44,433 nt of DNA from Fibrobacteria bacterium (GTDB lineage: Bacteria > Fibrobacterota > Fibrobacteria > UBA11236). A program made the translations under genes and the position numbers. This document shows, one piece after another, positions 1-8,693 of the stretch (its first letter is position 1; each line of letters starts with the position of its first letter). Location: NCBI GenBank assembly GCA_041746255.1, contig JBGTHM010000110.1, positions 1-44,433 on the forward strand. Reading direction: 5' to 3'. The notes under the pieces are model-generated. The model did no database searches and was not told the DNA's origin. It was given only the letters and a program-made list of their open reading frames with translations.

Positions 1-85
1 GGGGACCGCCGAGGTTACTCTCAAGGTAACCAACAGTAATGTCACCGCCACGTTTACCGTGACGGTGACTCGGTTTCGCTTGTGA
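1..85 (+). CDS. 3' end of a partial CDS, Ig-like/cadherin-like beta-strand C-terminus
   Basis: Frame from base 2 reads GTAEVTLKVTNSNVTATFTVTVTRFRL*, with TGA at 83-85. The alternating T/V pattern is typical of the last strands of Ig-like domains. Convergent with tkt. Confidence 0.5.
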   Translation, partial: GTAEVTLKVTNSNVTATFTVTVTRFRL

Positions 86-122
86 GACGGATAACCGCTA
101 GGGTTTGCCGCTACCCGGTATT

Positions 123-2195
123 CTAGGCCAAAGCGGCCAGACGGCGCTTTTTATCGGCGAAATTCGTCAGGTAGAGCGTCGCCTTTTCCACCACGTTTTC
201 CGGTGTAAATCCGAACTTCTGATCCAACACTTTGAAGGGAGCTGAAGCTCCGAAGCGGGTCATGCCCTCGACATGGCCGAGGGGTCCCACTAATCCTTGT
301 AGGGCCACGGGAAGACCCGCCGTCCATCCCAGGGTGGGAACGCCGAAAGGCAGTACGGTTTCCTGGTATTGGTGATCCTGCTCTCGGAAAAGGCCTTCGG
401 AAATCGCGGATACCACGCGTACTTTCAGGCCCTTGTCCTTGGAGAGTTTTTCCGCGGCTTCGACCATCAGCGAGACTTCAGACCCATTGGCGACCAGAAT
501 CAGATCGGGGCGGTCGAATACGTCGTTGACGATATAAGCGCCTTTCAAGGCTCCCTGGGCGATTTCGAAGCGGGCGGTTCCGGCGCGCGCGGGAAGGTCG
601 GTAACCGGCTGACGGGTGAGGATAAGCGCAACCGGAGTTTTGGCTTCCATGGCCATTTTCCAGGCCATGGCGGTTTCAGCCGCGTCGCCGGGCCGCAATA
701 CCAGCGTGCTGCGATGGCCTTCGAGATTATTCATCTTTTCCAGCAAACGGATTTGCGCCTCCTGTTCGATGGGCTGGTGCGTGGGCCCGTCTTCGCCGAC
801 CCGAAAGGCATCGTGCGTCCAAATGTAAATGGTATGCACTCCCATGATGGCCGCCAGCCGGATGGCCGGTTTTTGGAAATCGGAAAATGCGAAGAAGGTG
901 CCTCCCGCGGGAATGACGCCACCATGCAAAGCCATGCCCGTCATGACGCCGGCCATCGTGAGTTCCGATACTCCCGCTTGTAAAAACGCGCCGGAAAAAT
1001 TTTTCTTGGAAAAGATGGTGGTCTTTTTCAAAAAGCCGTCGGTGTAATCACTGTCGGCTAAATCGGCCGAAGCGACGATGAGATTCTCCACCTTGTCGGC
1101 CAGGTAACTGAGGCAAGCGCGTGAGGCGGCGCGGGTGGCTTCGTTGGGTTTAAGGTCCACCGCGCTCCAGTCGAGCGCGGGCAATTGGCCGGAAAAAAAT
1201 TGTTGGAATTTCTTGGCCAGTTCGGGTTTCTGCTTTGCCCATTCGTTCTGCTTATTTTTAGCGGCGAGAGCCTGCTTACTTTTTTCTTCTTTGACCTTGG
1301 CCATGGCTTCGACGACGTCCGGGAAAAGAGCGAAGGGTTGCTTGGGATCGCCGCCTAAGGTTTCGATGGTTTTTTCGAAAGAGGCCTCGCTTTTGGATAG
1401 GGGATTCCCGTGCAGCTTAGGCGAGCCCTCATAGGGGGAACCATCTGCTTTTACCGCGCCTTTGCCCATGATGGTGCGTCCCACGATGAAGGTGGGGCGT
1501 TCCGTTTCCGCCTGCGCCCTTTTCAGGGCATTACGCATTTGATCGAAGTCATGTCCATCGACCGTTTCCACGCGCCAGCCCCAAGCCTCGTATTTCTTGG
1601 CTGTGTCCTCGCTCATGGTTTCCGAAGTCATATGCGACAATTGCACGTCGTTGGAATCGTAAAAAATAACCAGGTTGGACATGCCGAGATGCCCCGCCAA
1701 CCGTCCCACCCCTTGCGAAGCTTCTTCCTGCACGCCGCCGTCGGAGATGTAAGCGTAGGTTTTGTGATCGAGCCAATTGCCGAAGCGGGCGGATAGAAAA
1801 CGTTCGGCGATGGAAGCGCCCAAAGCCATGACGTGGCCTTGGCCCAGCGGGCCGGAGGTGTTCTCGACACCGCGCAGAACGTCATGTTCAGGGTGACCCG
1901 GAGTGGGGCTTTCCCATTGGCGGAAATTTTTAAGCTCTTCCATAGAATAAAGCCCGAACAGGCTCAGGGTGGAATAAAGCATGGAAGAGAGGTGGCCGGC
2001 ATCCAAAAAGAAGCGGTCGCGGTTGACCCAGGTCATATCTTTGGGGTCGAATTGCAGGAATTCGGTGTAGAGAAGCGCCATGAAGTCAGCGCCGCCCATG
2101 GGTCCGCCGGGATGGCCCGATTTGGCCTGTTCGGGCATGGCTGCCGAAAGCACGCGGATATTGTCTGCGATTCTCTTGAGGGTTGCGTTGTCCAA
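123..2195 (-). CDS. tkt: Transketolase
   Basis: SGHPG, DRFFLDAGH, TPGHPE, GPLGQG, SDGGVQE (TPP motif) and GEDGPTHQPIE motifs. TTG start preceded by AAGGAG. Confidence 0.97.
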   Translation of the reverse strand: MDNATLKRIADNIRVLSAAMPEQAKSGHPGGPMGGADFMALLYTEFLQFDPKDMTWVNRDRFFLDAGHLSSMLYSTLSLFGLYSMEELKNFRQWESPTPGHPEHDVLRGVENTSGPLGQGHVMALGASIAERFLSARFGNWLDHKTYAYISDGGVQEEASQGVGRLAGHLGMSNLVIFYDSNDVQLSHMTSETMSEDTAKKYEAWGWRVETVDGHDFDQMRNALKRAQAETERPTFIVGRTIMGKGAVKADGSPYEGSPKLHGNPLSKSEASFEKTIETLGGDPKQPFALFPDVVEAMAKVKEEKSKQALAAKNKQNEWAKQKPELAKKFQQFFSGQLPALDWSAVDLKPNEATRAASRACLSYLADKVENLIVASADLADSDYTDGFLKKTTIFSKKNFSGAFLQAGVSELTMAGVMTGMALHGGVIPAGGTFFAFSDFQKPAIRLAAIMGVHTIYIWTHDAFRVGEDGPTHQPIEQEAQIRLLEKMNNLEGHRSTLVLRPGDAAETAMAWKMAMEAKTPVALILTRQPVTDLPARAGTARFEIAQGALKGAYIVNDVFDRPDLILVANGSEVSLMVEAAEKLSKDKGLKVRVVSAISEGLFREQDHQYQETVLPFGVPTLGWTAGLPVALQGLVGPLGHVEGMTRFGASAPFKVLDQKFGFTPENVVEKATLYLTNFADKKRRLAALA

Positions 2196-2329
2196 GATAC
2201 CACTCCTTAGTTGGATTATTGAGTTAGAGGGAAAAGTTAGTATTTCTCGCCGCGTTCACGCCTGATTCCGCTTTGCCGTCCGAATTGAAATTAAATGCAA
2301 ATCCCCGTGAAATACTCTAATTTTTGGCT

Positions 2330-3085
2330 ATGAAAACTTTTCGTCAGACCGGGATGGCAACCCTGATTCTACTTGTGGCGCTAAGCGAATCCCGAGCGCA
2401 AAACCCTTCGGAAATACTGCAAGAGGCCGACAAGCGGGCGAGAGGAGAGTCGTCCATAATGGAGGTGACCCTCCAAGTGGTGCGACCGACTTGGACGCGT
2501 GAAATGGCCATGCGCTCGTGGAGCAAGGGCCAGGATCGCTCCCTGGTTTTGGTGACCGCTCCCGCCCGGGAGCGTGGAACCGCTTTCTTGCGTGTCGGCC
2601 GGGAAATGTGGAACTGGATCCCATCGGTGGAGCGCACCGTAAAGCTGCCGCCTTCGATGATGTCGCAATCGTGGATGGGAACCGATCTCACCAACGAGGA
2701 TTTCGTGCGGGAGGCTTCCTTCCTCGTCGACTATAGCCATAGGCTGACCGGCGAAGAAACTTTATTGAACCGTCCTGCCTGGATTATCGAATTGACCCCC
2801 AAGCCCGAGGCTCCCGTGGTTTGGGGCAAAGTGGTCGTGTGGATAGGGAAAGAGGATTACCTCCAACTTCGGGCGGTTTTTTACGACGAGGTTGGGGAGT
2901 CGGTATATACTCTGGAGGCCAGGCAGGTTGGGGAATTGGGAGGACGTATGCTGGCCACCCGGGTGGAAGTTCTTCCCACCGATGAGCCCGGCCATAGCAC
3001 GGTGATGTCCATTCAATCAGCCCAGTTCAATATTCCCATTCCGGACGAAACCTTCACTGTGCGGAACATGTCCCGGTTACGGTAA
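2330..3085 (+). CDS. Outer-membrane lipoprotein-sorting (LolA-like) periplasmic protein
   Basis: Signal peptide; family motifs PARERGTAFL, WNWIPSVERTVK and SWMGTDLTNED; first gene of an ABC cassette. ATG at 2330 chosen over TTG at 2324. Confidence 0.85.
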   Translation: MKTFRQTGMATLILLVALSESRAQNPSEILQEADKRARGESSIMEVTLQVVRPTWTREMAMRSWSKGQDRSLVLVTAPARERGTAFLRVGREMWNWIPSVERTVKLPPSMMSQSWMGTDLTNEDFVREASFLVDYSHRLTGEETLLNRPAWIIELTPKPEAPVVWGKVVVWIGKEDYLQLRAVFYDEVGESVYTLEARQVGELGGRMLATRVEVLPTDEPGHSTVMSIQSAQFNIPIPDETFTVRNMSRLR

Positions 3086-3101
3086 TTGGGGGTCCGGCGA
3101 A

Positions 3102-4316
3102 ATGATTCTCCTGCTTGCATGGCGCAATCTTTGGCGCAATAAGGCGCGCTCTTTCATCACCATGGCCTCGGTGTTTTTCGCTGTGCTATTGGCCACTTCC
3201 ACTCGCTCCCTCAACGAGGGAACCTATGACCAAATGATCGAAAACGTGGCCGGCATGCATACGGGCTACCTGCAAGTTCAACAGGTGGATTATTGGGACG
3301 ATAAGGTGTTGGAAAATACTTTCGTTTCCGAGGAAAATCTGCTACGGCGGATTCGTGAAATACCCGGCATCGACGCCTTGGCCCCGAGGCTGGAATCCTT
3401 CGTCCTGGTTTCCACCGGAAATACCACTACGCCTTCCTTGGTGGTCGGTATAGATCCGGTTTCCGAACAGGCACTTACGGGACTTGCGAATAACCTGGTT
3501 TCCGGAACCTACCTACAGGCGGGCGCTTCTGATGTTTTGTTGGCCCAGGGATTGGCGGAAAGATTGGGGCTCTCTCCGGGAGACTCCCTGGTGCTGCTTG
3601 GGCAAGGGTTTCGGGCCGCCAGTGCCGCCGGTCTTTTCCGGGTGGGCGGAATTGTCCGCTTTGGATCCCCCGATCTCAATGACCGCATGGTGTATCTGAC
3701 CTTGGAGACGGCACAAAACCTTTTTGCCGCCGAAGGTCGCTTGACTTCCCTGGTTATCAAACCACGCGACGGTCGTGACGTAGCTAAAATTTTAGAGACG
3801 TTGCGCGCCGGGGTTGGGGAGGAATTCCGGGTTCTGGATTGGCAGGAAATGCTTCCCGGCCTGGTACAGGCCATTGCTTTCGATCGCGCCGGCGGTATTA
3901 TTTTCATGGGAGTGTTGTATCTGGTCATCGCCTTCGGCATTTTCGGGACTTTGGTGATGATGACTTTCGAGCGTCGGCAGGAGTTCGGGGTCTTGCTTTC
4001 CATAGGCATGCGAAGGGGCCGCATGGCGACCATGGTTTTTTTGGAGACCATTGGCCTGGCTGGGATCGGTGTGCTGGCGGGCATGGGAGGAAGTCTTCCC
4101 CTCGTACTCTGGTTCTCCCGAAATCCCATTCAGCTTACCGGAAGCTGGGCGGAAGCTTACCGGGATTTTGGGCTCGAACCCGTACTTCATGTCTCCACCG
4201 ATGTATCCGTATTCACAGGTCAGGGCCTGGTGATTCTCCTCGTTGCGATACTTCTTTCGCTTTTTCCCGTATACACCACCTTACGGCTTAACCCGCTGGA
4301 GGCGATGAAAAGATGA
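3102..4316 (+). CDS. ABC transporter permease, MacB/FtsX (LolC/E-like)
   Basis: LAWRNLWRNKARS N-terminus, large periplasmic domain, ERRQEFGVLLSIG motif, LNPLEAM C-terminus. Confidence 0.92.
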   Translation: MILLLAWRNLWRNKARSFITMASVFFAVLLATSTRSLNEGTYDQMIENVAGMHTGYLQVQQVDYWDDKVLENTFVSEENLLRRIREIPGIDALAPRLESFVLVSTGNTTTPSLVVGIDPVSEQALTGLANNLVSGTYLQAGASDVLLAQGLAERLGLSPGDSLVLLGQGFRAASAAGLFRVGGIVRFGSPDLNDRMVYLTLETAQNLFAAEGRLTSLVIKPRDGRDVAKILETLRAGVGEEFRVLDWQEMLPGLVQAIAFDRAGGIIFMGVLYLVIAFGIFGTLVMMTFERRQEFGVLLSIGMRRGRMATMVFLETIGLAGIGVLAGMGGSLPLVLWFSRNPIQLTGSWAEAYRDFGLEPVLHVSTDVSVFTGQGLVILLVAILLSLFPVYTTLRLNPLEAMKR

Positions 4317-5530
4317 AACTTGCCGTCATCGCCTGGAGGAATGTTTGGAGGCATCCCTTCCGCAGCCTCATTCTAGTCTCCGCCGTATCGATGGGCCTGT
4401 GGGCAGGGCTTTTCGTCATTTCCTTTTTCACGGGCATGGTCGACCAAAAGTTACGCACCGGCATAGAAGCTATTTCCCATATCCAAATCCATGTGCCCGG
4501 ATTTCGCGACGATTTTAATGCGAATCAAATTGTTCCCGACGGCATGATTTTAACGGAGGAATTGCGAGATAACCCCGAGGTCAAGGCAGTGGCCGCCCGT
4601 TTGCTGGCGCGAGGCATGTTGGCTACAGCTCGCAAAAGCCTGGGAGTCGAAATAAGGGGCGTCAGCCCCGATGAAGAACGCGCGGCGACGAATTTATCGG
4701 ACAAAGTGGTTGAAGGAGTCTACCTGGACGAAGCGCCCGGACGCAATCCCGCGTTGGTAGGGGAGAAGTTCGCGCGTGATAACGGGTTATCGTTGGGGTC
4801 AAGGGTGGTCTTGACCTTTCAGGATGCGTCGGGCGAAATCGCCTCAGGCGCCTTTCGGCTGGCGGGGCTATACAAAACCGGAGATGCCCGCATCGACGAA
4901 CAGGTTGTGTTCGTGCGTCGGAGCGATTTACAAACTTTGATGGGGCTGATGGGTGAGGTCCACCAAATCGCCCTGGTCCTCTCTCTTCCCGATCAAGTCG
5001 ATACAGTAGCCTCAGTGTTACGTATCGAAAATCCCGATTTGCGGGTGGAAACCTGGAGGGAGATTTCGCCCGAACTGAATCTTTTTCTCACCACCGCCAC
5101 CCAGAGCATGACCATTACCATGGGAATAATTCTCCTGGGGTTGGGTTTCGGCATCGTCAATACCATGCTTATGGCTGTGCTGGAGCGTGTGCGTGAAATC
5201 GGGATGCTGATGGCGCTGGGTATGAACAGGCGCAAAATTTTCACGATGATCCTGTTGGAAACCCTTATTCTGGTCTTGGCGGGTTGCCCGGTGGGGATGG
5301 GTTTGGCGGCGGTGACCGTGGCTATTTTGGGGCGCACCGGCATCGACCTTTCGGCATGGGCGGAGGGGCTGGCGGGATGGGGCCTGGACACTATCGTTTA
5401 TCCCGTACTGTCCGGCAGTTTCTATTGGCAGGTTTTGATTATGGTGGCGGTAACGGCGGTGCTGTCCTCCTTGTACCCGGCGCGCAAAGCGCTCAAGTTG
5501 AACCCCGCGGAGGCGATTCGATCCAAATGA
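4313..5530 (+). CDS. ABC transporter permease, MacB/FtsX (LolC/E-like), second subunit
   Basis: IAWRNVWRH, VLERVREIGMLMALG, YPARKALKLNPAEAI. ATGA overlap with the previous gene. Confidence 0.92.
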   Translation: MKLAVIAWRNVWRHPFRSLILVSAVSMGLWAGLFVISFFTGMVDQKLRTGIEAISHIQIHVPGFRDDFNANQIVPDGMILTEELRDNPEVKAVAARLLARGMLATARKSLGVEIRGVSPDEERAATNLSDKVVEGVYLDEAPGRNPALVGEKFARDNGLSLGSRVVLTFQDASGEIASGAFRLAGLYKTGDARIDEQVVFVRRSDLQTLMGLMGEVHQIALVLSLPDQVDTVASVLRIENPDLRVETWREISPELNLFLTTATQSMTITMGIILLGLGFGIVNTMLMAVLERVREIGMLMALGMNRRKIFTMILLETLILVLAGCPVGMGLAAVTVAILGRTGIDLSAWAEGLAGWGLDTIVYPVLSGSFYWQVLIMVAVTAVLSSLYPARKALKLNPAEAIRSK

Positions 5531-6228
5531 GCAACAACGATACGACAGTAATCGAAGCCCGGCAATTGACCAAAATTTATTCCGGGGCAGTACCGGTTAC
5601 CGCGGTGGACAAAGTGGATTTTCAGGTGGCGCGAGGTGAATTCACCGCCGTCATAGGTCCATCGGGTTCGGGAAAAACGACCTTGCTCAATATGGTGGGA
5701 GGGTTGGATACGCCTACTTACGGGTCCTTGCGGGTGGACGGAAGAGATCTTTCCGCCATGCAGCCCAACAAGCTGATCGATTTCAGGTTAAACCATATCG
5801 GATTCGTTTTCCAGGCTTACAACCTCATTCCCGTGCTCACCGCCCGTGAAAATGTGGAATTCATCATGCTATTGCAGGGTAGGCCGAAAAAGGAGAGGGA
5901 AGAACGAGCCCGGCAATTATTGGACGCCGTGGGTCTGGGCGACAGGTTGGATACCCGCCCCTCACAGCTTTCCGGTGGGCAGCAACAGCGGGTGGCGGTG
6001 GCGAGGGCCTTGGCTTCGCGACCGGGGTTTATTCTGGCAGACGAACCCACCGCCAATCTGGATTCCGCTTCGGCGTTTAAGTTGCTCGATATCATGCGCA
6101 ATCTCAATGCAGAAGAAAACATCACCTTTCTTTTCTCTACGCATGATTCCCGGGTGATGGAAAGGGCGATGCGCGTGATTCGGCTGGAAGATGGTCGCAT
6201 CGTATCGGATGAGAGACGACAAGGATGA
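5527..6228 (+). CDS. ABC transporter ATP-binding protein (LolD-like)
   Basis: Walker A GPSGSGKT, signature LSGGQQQR, Walker B ILADEPTANLD, H-loop STHD. Start set at ATG 5527, which overlaps the upstream stop (ATGA). Confidence 0.95.
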   Translation: MSNNDTTVIEARQLTKIYSGAVPVTAVDKVDFQVARGEFTAVIGPSGSGKTTLLNMVGGLDTPTYGSLRVDGRDLSAMQPNKLIDFRLNHIGFVFQAYNLIPVLTARENVEFIMLLQGRPKKEREERARQLLDAVGLGDRLDTRPSQLSGGQQQRVAVARALASRPGFILADEPTANLDSASAFKLLDIMRNLNAEENITFLFSTHDSRVMERAMRVIRLEDGRIVSDERRQG

Positions 6229-7442
6229 AAATCCGCGCGACCGAATCGGTAAAGGTTCGCGCTCCGATAGCGCGACGAAGCTGGATAATCGCTGGCTTCT
6301 ATTTCGCCATCGCTTCCTTTCCCGTCGAGTCTGCCCTGGAAAAAGGCTCGCTCTCTCTGCGGGGTTATATCAAATCGTTGCAAAGCGCCTCTTTTGCTGC
6401 TGACCTCGACTCGCTCGTTTCGGGAAATCTTCTGCACAATCGTTTGAACCTCCACTTCACCCCCGCAGCTCCCTATGCCGCCGCTCTGGAGGGCCGCAAC
6501 CGGCTTTATTACGGGGAAATACCGCGAACGTCGCCCGGTCTGGGAAACGCCTTGGCGCGCGATCCCGGCTGGATGGATCTTTCCTGGACGCCGGTGGATG
6601 AGGCCGGCGCAGTATGGAATCTGGAATTGGACCGGGCCTGGATGGAATGGAGGGCCGACAGGTGGCAATTACGCGCGGGGCGGCAGCGAATCCACTGGGG
6701 CATGGCTTTGGCCTGGAATCCCAACGACCTCTTCAATGCATACGACTTTCTCGACTTCGATTATGAGGAAAGACCGGGGTCCGATGCCGTTCGCTTGCAG
6801 ATTTATCCTGCGCTTCCGGTGCAAATCGAATTCGCCGCTAAACTCGACGAAGGCCGGGAGGCGACGGGAGCGATTCGCTTGGGTTTCAACCGTTTTGCTT
6901 ACGACCTTCAGATTTTGGCGGGAAGGTATAAGGACGACTTGGTGGCAGGCCTGGGCTGGGCAGGTAACCTACGTGATGCGGGATTTAAAGGTGAAGCCTC
7001 CTGGTTCGAGCCCCTTCGCGACAGTGGCTCGCGCTCGGTGGCCGTAACCGCGGGACTGGACTATGTCTTTTCCGACGGATTGTTCCTCACGGGCTCCGCA
7101 CTCTTCAACAGCGCTGCCTCAAGCGACGCCTCCGGTCTTGCAGGGTTTGGAGTGGCGGGTGAGGGAGAGCCGCTCTCCCCTCGTAACTTATTTCCTTCGC
7201 GATGGGCATTTCTGGCCCAAGGCTCGCGCTCCTTCACCCCCATCCTCTCCGGAAGCCTCTCCCTGATTTATGCACCCAATCTTGACGGATGGGTCGTTAT
7301 GCCTTCAGTATCCTATGGTCTGGCACAGAATTGGGAATTGCAGGGCATCGCGCAATCATTTTTTACCATGGGGTTGCACGCGGGAGGAGATGCCCGTGTC
7401 TTGGCGAACACCTTATTCCTGCGACTGCGCTGGAGTTTCTAG
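6225..7442 (+). CDS. Putative outer-membrane beta-barrel protein of the ABC cassette
   Basis: Signal-like N-terminus; LDRAW, GRQRIHWG...WNPNDLFN and ERPGSDA motifs; amphipathic strands; C-terminal LRLRWSF barrel signal. ATGA overlap. Confidence 0.75.
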   Translation: MKIRATESVKVRAPIARRSWIIAGFYFAIASFPVESALEKGSLSLRGYIKSLQSASFAADLDSLVSGNLLHNRLNLHFTPAAPYAAALEGRNRLYYGEIPRTSPGLGNALARDPGWMDLSWTPVDEAGAVWNLELDRAWMEWRADRWQLRAGRQRIHWGMALAWNPNDLFNAYDFLDFDYEERPGSDAVRLQIYPALPVQIEFAAKLDEGREATGAIRLGFNRFAYDLQILAGRYKDDLVAGLGWAGNLRDAGFKGEASWFEPLRDSGSRSVAVTAGLDYVFSDGLFLTGSALFNSAASSDASGLAGFGVAGEGEPLSPRNLFPSRWAFLAQGSRSFTPILSGSLSLIYAPNLDGWVVMPSVSYGLAQNWELQGIAQSFFTMGLHAGGDARVLANTLFLRLRWSF

Positions 7443-7591
7443 CACCGCAATTTCCACTTTTGCGCCCGATTCCACTTTCGAGCGGGATTCACCAGAATAT
7501 ATCTTCCAGACATGCGGGTTTCCGGCTCTTCGGATTCCCATCTGTTTTACGAACAATAATTCTGGGCCCGACCCACCGGAGGTGTCCGTTT

Positions 7592-8674
7592 ATGAGAATC
7601 GCTCAAATCGCTCCCCTGTACGAAAGCGTTCCTCCCAAGGCATATGGCGGTACGGAACGCATAGTGGCTTATTTGACGCGTGGACTGATAGAGTTGGGTC
7701 ATGAGGTCACTCTATTCGCCAGTGGAGACTCCAGCGCTTCCGACAAGTTAATCAAAGGAAGTACCCAGGCATTGAGATCGAACCCGATTCCCGACGATGG
7801 ACTGGCCTATCATCTCTTGCAGGTGGAAAAAGCCCTTGCCATGCAAAGTGATTTCGATATCCTACATTGGCATATCGAGTACCTGCCCTTTTCGGCCTTG
7901 CGTCGAAGCGATTATTCCACCTCGGTCACTACTTTACACGGCCGTCTGGATATTCCCGCCCTCGGCGATGTCTATCGGGAATTCGCGGAAATGCCGTTGG
8001 TATCCATTTCCATGGCGCAGCGAAGTCCTCTTCCCTTCGCAAGATGGAGGGGTAATGTCCACCATGGTCTTCCCATCGACTTACACCGGGCGGGTGAAGG
8101 AGGAGAGTATCTGGCATTCGTGGGAAGAATTGCTCCGGAAAAAAAAGTGGAATCTGCCATTTCCATAGCCACCAAGGCCAAAATGCCCCTGAAAATTGCG
8201 GCCAAGGTGGATGCAGTCGATAGGGCTTATTATGAAGAAGTTGTTCGGCCGCTGCTGAAATCGCCCGGTGTGGAATTTCTGGGCGAACTGGACGAAAGTG
8301 CAAAGGGCGAGTTGTTGCGCAATGCCAAGGCGATGATCTTTCCCATTGATTGGCCTGAGCCGTTTGGGCTGGCCATGATCGAATCACTTGCTTGCGGTAC
8401 TCCGGTTATCGCCAGGAATAGGGGTTCCGTTCCCGAGGTCATTGAGTCCGGAGTGACAGGCTGGATTTTCGATACGGATGAAGAGGCGGTTGAAGCCATC
8501 ACCCGCATTGATGAAATCAGCCGCGAAACCTGCCGCCGCCAATTCATGGAGCGGTTTTCCGCACGCACCATGGCTGAAAATTATCTCTCCGTCTATTCCC
8601 GCCTACTGGATGAGAAGGAGACGTCCTCCTATTGGAGAGAAGAAGTATGGGGCGAAAGCCGGCTCAAGTATTAA
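7592..8674 (+). CDS. Glycosyltransferase family 4 (GT-B)
   Basis: MRIAQIAPLYESVPPKAYGGTERIV, FVGRIAPEK, and the WPEPFGLAMIESLACGTPV (EX7E) motif. GGAGG RBS upstream of ATG 7592. Confidence 0.93.
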   Translation: MRIAQIAPLYESVPPKAYGGTERIVAYLTRGLIELGHEVTLFASGDSSASDKLIKGSTQALRSNPIPDDGLAYHLLQVEKALAMQSDFDILHWHIEYLPFSALRRSDYSTSVTTLHGRLDIPALGDVYREFAEMPLVSISMAQRSPLPFARWRGNVHHGLPIDLHRAGEGGEYLAFVGRIAPEKKVESAISIATKAKMPLKIAAKVDAVDRAYYEEVVRPLLKSPGVEFLGELDESAKGELLRNAKAMIFPIDWPEPFGLAMIESLACGTPVIARNRGSVPEVIESGVTGWIFDTDEEAVEAITRIDEISRETCRRQFMERFSARTMAENYLSVYSRLLDEKETSSYWREEVWGESRLKY

Positions 8675-8693
8675 GCGCAGCAAGGGTAGACTG

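Noticed and set aside
5284..5526. N-terminal extensions in the ORF track (also 7289-7591, 8478-8693, 20130-20252, 26473-26631, 37819-37866)
   Set aside because: They overlap upstream genes or promoters; downstream ATGs have an RBS or stop-start coupling and match family N-termini.
7451..7478. TTCCACTTT occurring twice after the OM-barrel gene
   Set aside because: Only two 9-bp copies with no array structure; not CRISPR-like and plausible by chance.
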